From Candidatus Bathyarchaeia archaeon (GTDB lineage: Archaea > Thermoproteota > Bathyarchaeia > Bathyarchaeales > Bathycorpusculaceae): a stretch of DNA of 64,000 nucleotides. The notes beneath the pieces were generated by a model, which saw only the letters and a program-made list of their open reading frames with translations, did no database searches and was not told the origin of the DNA. The stretch spans positions 1-64,000 of the forward strand of contig JBBFKZ010000003.1 in assembly GCA_037481775.1 (NCBI GenBank), given 5' to 3'. Shown one piece after another: positions 58,596-64,000 of this stretch (position 1 is its first letter; each line of letters begins with the position of its first letter). Position numbers and translations under genes: made by a program.

Positions 58596-59819
58596 TTAGG
58601 TTGTTCCCTTTAATTGGCTGACAAGAGCGCTCACGTTTGCTATTAGGCTGTCTGCTGATTCGTAGCCTTCAAGCTGCTTTTTGATGTTTTCTGGTAGGGC
58701 TTTGGCTTCTGGCAGTTCTGGGTTATAGCGAACTGTTATGCCATGTTGGAGTGCACGTTTTACTATGCGTTCGTAGATTGTGTTGCGTTCTGGTTGTGTG
58801 TATTCTTGTCTAAATTGGCTCCAGCGGGCTAAGGCGTTTCTGCATCGGTCTTCTGGCACAAGCGGATAAGCGTAATTCACGGGGTCAGCGTAGTCTTCTT
58901 CATTCTGTGGATAATCTTTCGGCGGAGTTAGATGTCCTTTGTCTTCTCGGAATTTTATGCCGTGCTTCTTTTCTCGCTCTTCTGCAGCCTTACGCAGTTT
59001 TTCTCTTTCGCTCTCTTCTTGCTTCTTCTCGGCTGTGTCGCCTTCTTCTCTTGTTGCTGGTTCAAAGTTTCCGCCGTGGTCTTGGCAGTGTTTGCGGGCT
59101 TCAGCTTCACTCCATGTTTTAACTGGATAGCGGTAGGCTTGCTCAACCGAGCCAGCTTCAAGCTTGTCCTTCGGTTTGCCAAAAATGACGCGGTAGCTTT
59201 TGCCGTTGTGTTCTCGTTCGCCGCTGCCCACTATGTTTAGTTTTTCCGGGTCTTTTAGGCGACAGCTGTGCTCGTTTGGGTAAGGGTCTGCGCCCTTAAG
59301 CGTGTCCACGCCTATTCCACAGAGCGGGTAGCTGCATCTTCCCTGCCAGCTTCCAACAGCCACATGGTCGATGAGAATATCTTTTTTCACATATTCGTAG
59401 TGTTGCCCGTTCCACTCGCCCTGTTGTGGAATGCACTCAAAGAAGAAGCCTATGCTCACGCTTCTCGCTTTGCCAGTTTTAATGTCTTCAAGGTATTGGG
59501 GGCTGCAGCGGTTTTTGAAGAAAGCCAACTCAGCTTTTATGCGGTCCTTCTCGAATTTGGCGTTGCGCACTGTCCCGCGGATAAGCCCGGGCTTAGAAAG
59601 GATTATTTCTGGCGGGTGCTCCTCAACAACCCAAGCGTTCAAAGCTGTGAAAGCTGCCTTCTCAACTTCTTCTGCAGGTTCGTAGATGAGCATGCCATCA
59701 TAATCGTAAACGCCTTCGCGGGTGATCACCGCTGGCACGGTAAGCGTTTCCGCGTCTTCTCTGATTTGGAGGCTGTCGGCTTCAACGCTTTTCACGCCGT
59801 ACTTCAGCATGGCAGTCAC
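58596..59819 (-). CDS. Prohead protease (DUF2213-like) with C-terminal extra domains
   Basis: REGVYDY, HP, VSIGF, GEW.G..Y, DHVAV...GRC; then PYPNEHSCRL and YADPVNYAYPL modules. Confidence 0.8.
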   Translation of the reverse strand: MTAMLKYGVKSVEADSLQIREDAETLTVPAVITREGVYDYDGMLIYEPAEEVEKAAFTALNAWVVEEHPPEIILSKPGLIRGTVRNAKFEKDRIKAELAFFKNRCSPQYLEDIKTGKARSVSIGFFFECIPQQGEWNGQHYEYVKKDILIDHVAVGSWQGRCSYPLCGIGVDTLKGADPYPNEHSCRLKDPEKLNIVGSGEREHNGKSYRVIFGKPKDKLEAGSVEQAYRYPVKTWSEAEARKHCQDHGGNFEPATREEGDTAEKKQEESEREKLRKAAEEREKKHGIKFREDKGHLTPPKDYPQNEEDYADPVNYAYPLVPEDRCRNALARWSQFRQEYTQPERNTIYERIVKRALQHGITVRYNPELPEAKALPENIKKQLEGYESADSLIANVSALVSQLKGTT

Positions 59820-59823
59820 CTTG

Positions 59824-60066
59824 CTATGAGGGTTTAGCCGTGTCTACGAGTTTCTGCAGCCAAACCGTAATGGCTGTAGGTCCCACGAGGGCCGTGTAGA
59901 CGTCGAGGGTTATGCCAGCCAAGTCTAAGCCTAGGGCTGAGAATGCGCCTATGGCGATTGTTCTGAGAAACTTGTGCCAGTTGAAGGGTTTGTCCTGTGC
60001 TGCGTAGCCGAGTAAAGCGTAGATTAGGGCTGCAGTCGCTCCTAAACCCACATTTAATGGGTTCAT
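59824..60066 (-). CDS. Small holin-like membrane protein
   Basis: 80 aa, hydrophobic, FNWHKF..T motif; immediately upstream of the protease. Confidence 0.55.
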   Translation of the reverse strand: MNPLNVGLGATAALIYALLGYAAQDKPFNWHKFLRTIAIGAFSALGLDLAGITLDVYTALVGPTAITVWLQKLVDTAKPS

Positions 60067-60170
60067 TTATTCACCTAAAATGGAAAGAATAAGCGTGCCT
60101 TTTAGGTTCAGCGAACAGACCGCAGTAGACATAAAGCTTATGAAAAGGTGATAACTTCAAGTGGCTATGG

Positions 60171-60542
60171 ATGATTATGGGTAGAAGATGGCTTTCAGAG
60201 AGAGCTGATGGAGTTGCTTTTTGGATTATGATGCTGCTTAGCGCTGTTTTTCTAACGTATTCATACGCAACTACGCAAACGGTGGATTGGCTTCTGATTC
60301 TTGTTCCAATAATAGGTATATTATTTATTTTCAGGTTTGTGTGGACAGTGTTCGCATGGCGCAAAATATCCAGCATTGAGATGGAAAAGGTGGAGCATGT
60401 GGCTTTTTTTGGGATTAGCCTAACCTTATTAGTAATGTTAATTGCCGGATATGCAATAGCGAACTTTTTCAACTATTACTTGCTTTATGTTTTTGTTGCG
60501 GGTCTGCTCGTTAAATTTATCCTGCAATTTTTCTCTCACTAA
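60171..60542 (+). CDS. Four-TM membrane protein (inserted, opposite strand)
   Basis: Highly hydrophobic 123-aa ORF. Confidence 0.6.
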   Translation: MIMGRRWLSERADGVAFWIMMLLSAVFLTYSYATTQTVDWLLILVPIIGILFIFRFVWTVFAWRKISSIEMEKVEHVAFFGISLTLLVMLIAGYAIANFFNYYLLYVFVAGLLVKFILQFFSH

Positions 60543-60591
60543 AGAGGAAAAAGTTTGTATTGAGAATCGTGTCTAACGCCAAATATCTTAA

Positions 60592-62034
60592 TTACCGTTT
60601 TAATCCATATTCTTCAATCCAACTGTAAAAAGTTTGCTTGCCAATACCCAACTCTTTGCATATTGTGTTTACGCTTTTGCCTGTTGCTATTCTGTCTGCT
60701 AATAGTTTGTCTACGGGTTTTCCGAATTTGCGTTCTAACTCCAGTTTCCGCTTTGATGTTGCGGAGCTGATGTTTTGAGGGGTTCCGTTTTGGAGTTGGC
60801 TTAAGCCTAAGACTACGTCGGCGCCTGGAAGTCGCTCTAAACCTTCATGTTGTCTTATCTCGTTGATTGTCATCCAGTTTGTTTTTAGCGTTAGGCTGCG
60901 GGTTTTGTCGAGTTCTGCGGCTGCTTGATCCCTTGGGTTTATTTCGAATCCGCCAAGCCAGTTAATGCGGTAATGCGTGTCTGAGATTTGTTTTGTTTTT
61001 ATTAGGCGGTCGATTAGGTCCATGATGTATGGTTCGTAGCGGCTTTGGCAGTCGCTTATCTGCTTGAAGTATTCGCGTTCGTTTACTTCGCTTCCAGCTA
61101 ATTGTCCGGCTTGTGCTCCGCGTAGAATCGCCATTGGTATGCTTGTGCCTGCGCTTATGTTTTCCATTATGGGCGTGTAGTAGGGTTCTGGGTCTAAGGC
61201 TCTTCCAGCTAAGCCTTTAAACTCGATTGTGGTGTTTTCGTCTGCCCACATGCTCGTCTGAGCCGTTAACGGGCCCCATTGACGCTTGTACGCTTCGATT
61301 TCTTCTCGCGTTGCGCCTTTGACAGTTACAACAGGGAAGCCGCTGCCATAACGGTACATAGTTTGCCCCATACCCCAACGAATATTCCGCAAAACAGTTA
61401 GGTCATCCCAGACGGGTTCGAGAACGCTTATGCCTTTCCATGGATGGTCTAAGAGGCGAGTGGCGAAATGGATGACACGGCTAAAGTGAACCTCAACCTC
61501 TTCATTCTCAGCTATTTTTATCTTGTAAGTTTCTGGCAAGCCAAAGCGTGCACTCTGCCTATTCTTGTCTGTTTGAACGCTTGTTATCATTGTTGGTGCG
61601 TAGGCTTCGAGGCTCACGATTTTCTCAGGCACTAAGACTGGGTCTCTTAATGTGACACCTTTATCCTGATAGCCTAAGACGATTATGCTCCAGCCATAAG
61701 CCCGTTCAAAAACCGCCGCCTGCGTGAAAACGTCTTTAGCGTTAAGCAGAAGCAAGACTTTCTGAACAGCCTCGTTAAACTTTTCCTTGTCAACGCCTTC
61801 CTCAAGAGGCTCAACATTAAACCAGTTGTCAAAAACGTCGTGAGCCACGGCGAAGACGATGCGGTGTGCTACAGGCTCGCGTTTAATTGCAAAAGTGATA
61901 TTGTCATTGGTTAGGGGTTGACCGAACTCGGCGCCTAAACCTGTGTAAACACGCTGAATTTCAGCTTGTGCCTGAGAAGGCGCAGAGTGTATTCCAAAGA
62001 GTTTCTGGGCTAAAAGCTGCCTAACACTAACCAT
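60592..62034 (-). CDS. Portal protein (DUF1073-like) with C-terminal HTH
   Basis: RAYGWSII, RFGLPETY, VHFSRVIHF, G.SVLE, IPMAILRG.Q.G, MTINEIR...GL; ATG at 62034. Confidence 0.88.
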   Translation of the reverse strand: MVSVRQLLAQKLFGIHSAPSQAQAEIQRVYTGLGAEFGQPLTNDNITFAIKREPVAHRIVFAVAHDVFDNWFNVEPLEEGVDKEKFNEAVQKVLLLLNAKDVFTQAAVFERAYGWSIIVLGYQDKGVTLRDPVLVPEKIVSLEAYAPTMITSVQTDKNRQSARFGLPETYKIKIAENEEVEVHFSRVIHFATRLLDHPWKGISVLEPVWDDLTVLRNIRWGMGQTMYRYGSGFPVVTVKGATREEIEAYKRQWGPLTAQTSMWADENTTIEFKGLAGRALDPEPYYTPIMENISAGTSIPMAILRGAQAGQLAGSEVNEREYFKQISDCQSRYEPYIMDLIDRLIKTKQISDTHYRINWLGGFEINPRDQAAAELDKTRSLTLKTNWMTINEIRQHEGLERLPGADVVLGLSQLQNGTPQNISSATSKRKLELERKFGKPVDKLLADRIATGKSVNTICKELGIGKQTFYSWIEEYGLKR

Positions 62035-62173
62035 AGTGCTTTTCAGCCTCCGCTTTGGTTTCACGCAAAACTTGACGGATTACGTCTTGCATGCTTCGAG
62101 CCTTCCGCCTTTTCAGTTCTTTCAAGAGCCACTCGTAAAGCTCAGAATCAACGCTCTGCTGGAAAATAGGCAC
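62027..62173 (-). CDS. 48-aa ribbon-helix-helix regulator (absent from the ORF track)
   Basis: MPIFQQSVDSELYEWLLKELKRRKARSMQDVIRQVLRE...; overlaps the portal start. Confidence 0.65.
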   Translation of the reverse strand: MPIFQQSVDSELYEWLLKELKRRKARSMQDVIRQVLRETKAEAEKHYG

Positions 62174-62366
62174 GCATTCAACACCAACAACTATGTTAAG
62201 CCAGAAAAATAAAAGAAAATCTGAAATAATACTTGAATTAAACGTTTATTGAATAATCACGCGGAATGATAGAATAAAAACAATGTTTGACCAATCTTAA
62301 ATGCACATAAAATGTGCGCTACGATGCCTCGCTGTTTATTTACGGAAACTGGTTTGCCATCAACTC

Positions 62367-63245
62367 TTATTGTGATGTTGGAGCTTTCACCATCTTTCTC
62401 AAGAAATTGTAGCTCACAGCATTTGCATGTTTCCAGACGACATCAAAAAGCGTTTCGATTTCCTTGACCAGCTTCCCCTTGGCGACAAATCCCAGTTCAA
62501 AGTTGTTATATAAAGAGTTTAGTCTAAATTCCGCTGAACCTACATAACACTTGATTCCATCCACAAGAACTAGTTTTGCATGAGTCGATTCATAATGCAT
62601 AAGTTGAGAATCGCCCAAGCGCAAATTCTCGTGAAAGTCCTTCACTGCAAAATAGCCAGAATTCCCGAAAGCACGATATATATCCCACATCCTTAAAACG
62701 GATTTTATGAGACTCATGTAGTGATAGTCTTTTTTCTGAGGGTCTAACACTTCTCGGGTCAGCAAAAAAACCTTAACTCCTGCTTTAGCTAATCTTTTCA
62801 ATTCCATAGAAAAATGAGTCACAATAGACTCTTCAGGAAAAGGCAGTGAAACTTTAACATATTCGCGAGCAGAGTTTAATAGATGATCAAACGCTATATC
62901 TGTCATAATGATCCTTTCATTTGTTGGAAGATCAGATAAAAGCGATGCAGGAATTGTAGCCACAATTTGTATGTCATCTAACGATTTTGTTTCATAGCTG
63001 AAATATATTCGATCTTTTAATATCGCTTTTTTGCTTCTTATTATTGGTTTTCTCAGTATAACAACATAATCCCGATTTTCTTTTTTGAGCTCGAGATTTT
63101 GAGAGCGAACAAGTGCCATTACCTTGAGTTCTGCAAGCGGTTGTTCTTCAACAGGGAACATCGAGAGAAGAGATCCAAGGTGTAGCTTGCCATTATTTTC
63201 CTTAAGTGTTTGAATTATCTTTGTTGCCATGCTCACGTTTACCAA
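62367..63245 (-). CDS. Phospholipase D-family nuclease (DrmC-like)
   Basis: Single HAKLVLVD...GSA...N.ELG HKD motif. Confidence 0.82.
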   Translation of the reverse strand: MVNVSMATKIIQTLKENNGKLHLGSLLSMFPVEEQPLAELKVMALVRSQNLELKKENRDYVVILRKPIIRSKKAILKDRIYFSYETKSLDDIQIVATIPASLLSDLPTNERIIMTDIAFDHLLNSAREYVKVSLPFPEESIVTHFSMELKRLAKAGVKVFLLTREVLDPQKKDYHYMSLIKSVLRMWDIYRAFGNSGYFAVKDFHENLRLGDSQLMHYESTHAKLVLVDGIKCYVGSAEFRLNSLYNNFELGFVAKGKLVKEIETLFDVVWKHANAVSYNFLRKMVKAPTSQ

Positions 63246-63265
63246 TCTTCCCTCGAGATTTTTGT

Positions 63266-64000
63266 TTAAATCTCGTTACCTGTTTGTGTTTCATAAGGTG
63301 AAATGGGTATCCCCCAGAACTTGAGTAGCAGAGTGCGACTGAGTAAATAATTCGGGAATATGTATGCATTAGGAACTTCGCTTGGAAAGAATGGATGGCA
63401 GAGGGGATCGCGAATGTAAAGACATGTGACGCAGCCATCATAACATTGATATCGGCAATCTCTCACGCGTTTCATCGATTCGTTAAGCCATCTCGTAAGC
63501 AAATCGTATGCAAGGTACTCAACTCCTCCAGCCTCAACTTGTTCTCTTTCAAATATCAAGAGAGCGCAATCATCTATGAGCACTTTTCCAACGAATGCTG
63601 ATTCCTCTAAGCCCGTTCGCAAAGAAGCTTGATACGTTAATGCATGTTCAATTGAATGTAGTAGTGTAAATAAAGGAACCGAGTACTTAAGTTCGCTTAT
63701 CGGAGCTGAAGTCAAGTATTCTTTTGTCTGATTGCTAATCCACGAGTAGACACTATCAACAGCCAATTTGCTGCCTTCCCTCAAAATTTTCAATTGTGCA
63801 CGTACATCCTTTAGAATTGCTGAACCAGGGTTTGTTCTTTCTAATCTTCTAATAATGTCTTCCAAAACAACTTCAGCTATTCTTTCCTTATCTAACTGAA
63901 CTACAAGACCTTTACCTTGACTTTGAGTCATGTACGCTCTATATTCAAACTGATTTGTGTCGGGGTTTCTTTGCTGGAAAAATCTGACCTGCACGTCTGT
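63266..64000 (-). CDS. DUF1998 (DrmB/MZB-like) domain protein, partial
   Basis: LLHSIEHAL, LLIFE...GG, CRYQCYDGCVTCL; frame is open to the window edge. Confidence 0.78.
   Translation of the reverse strand, partial: TDVQVRFFQQRNPDTNQFEYRAYMTQSQGKGLVVQLDKERIAEVVLEDIIRRLERTNPGSAILKDVRAQLKILREGSKLAVDSVYSWISNQTKEYLTSAPISELKYSVPLFTLLHSIEHALTYQASLRTGLEESAFVGKVLIDDCALLIFEREQVEAGGVEYLAYDLLTRWLNESMKRVRDCRYQCYDGCVTCLYIRDPLCHPFFPSEVPNAYIFPNYLLSRTLLLKFWGIPISPYETQTGNEI

Larger units (their letters stand above)
40025..62173. mobile_element. Head-tail (Caudoviricetes-type) provirus or GTA-like morphogenesis cluster with encapsulin-type capsid
   Basis: Portal, protease, scaffold, capsid, terminase, neck, tail tube, chaperone and tape measure are all recognisable; boundaries are uncertain and may extend from ~35892 to beyond 64000. 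Confidence 0.88.

Noticed and set aside
60592-62034. Anti-CBASS Acb1 nuclease (a label sometimes attached to DUF1073 proteins)
   Set aside because: Size, motifs and position fit a portal; no 2H-phosphoesterase HxT pair was recognised.
1383-63601. Numerous 60-215-aa antisense or alternate-frame ORFs in the track (e.g. 4543..5187, 18575..19099, 26489..27049, 59268..59837)
   Set aside because: They overlap well-supported genes and lack independent motifs.
1-64000. CRISPR array, rRNA, IS transposase, integrase or reverse transcriptase/DGR
   Set aside because: No regularly spaced repeats, rRNA-like tracts or matching catalytic motifs were seen by eye.

Overview
Archaeal chromosome segment, most consistent with Bathyarchaeia (inferred from the two-domain Rpo5, paralogous membrane-anchored PQQ-like beta-propeller proteins, and archaeal rps2/eno/psmB). 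Bases 1-37 kb are mainly host genes: rpo5, ModE-TupABC tungstate uptake, an Orp-like NifX/MinD/ApbC metal-cluster operon with a stand-alone encapsulated-ferritin-like gene, thiolase/DUF35, an AT-rich islet with a frameshifted mrr, MEMO1-rps2-eno, AMMECR1, psmB, ogt, a DEAD-box helicase and secreted proteins. Bases ~40.0-62.2 kb hold an apparently complete head-tail morphogenesis set: portal, DUF2213-like prohead protease, scaffold, decoration protein, capsid, terminase, neck, tail tube, chaperone with -1 frameshift, tape measure, tail tip and an ABC-ATPase/GNAT fusion. The set is split into several operons, the terminase operon is inverted, and no integrase or replication gene is visible. The main finding is that the only capsid gene looks like a family 1 encapsulin (Myxococcus EncA-like), and the coiled-coil scaffold two genes upstream ends in LTVGCL, matching the encapsulin cargo-loading peptide LTVGSL. 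This suggests a tailed virus or GTA-like particle built on an encapsulin shell. Other findings are a twice-repeated structured element with covariation and a bulge-helix-bulge motif, a relic of a second related element at the window start, three tRNA-3'-end att-like repeats, and a DUF1998/PLD defence-like pair at the right edge. All family calls come from motif recognition by eye, not database searches.
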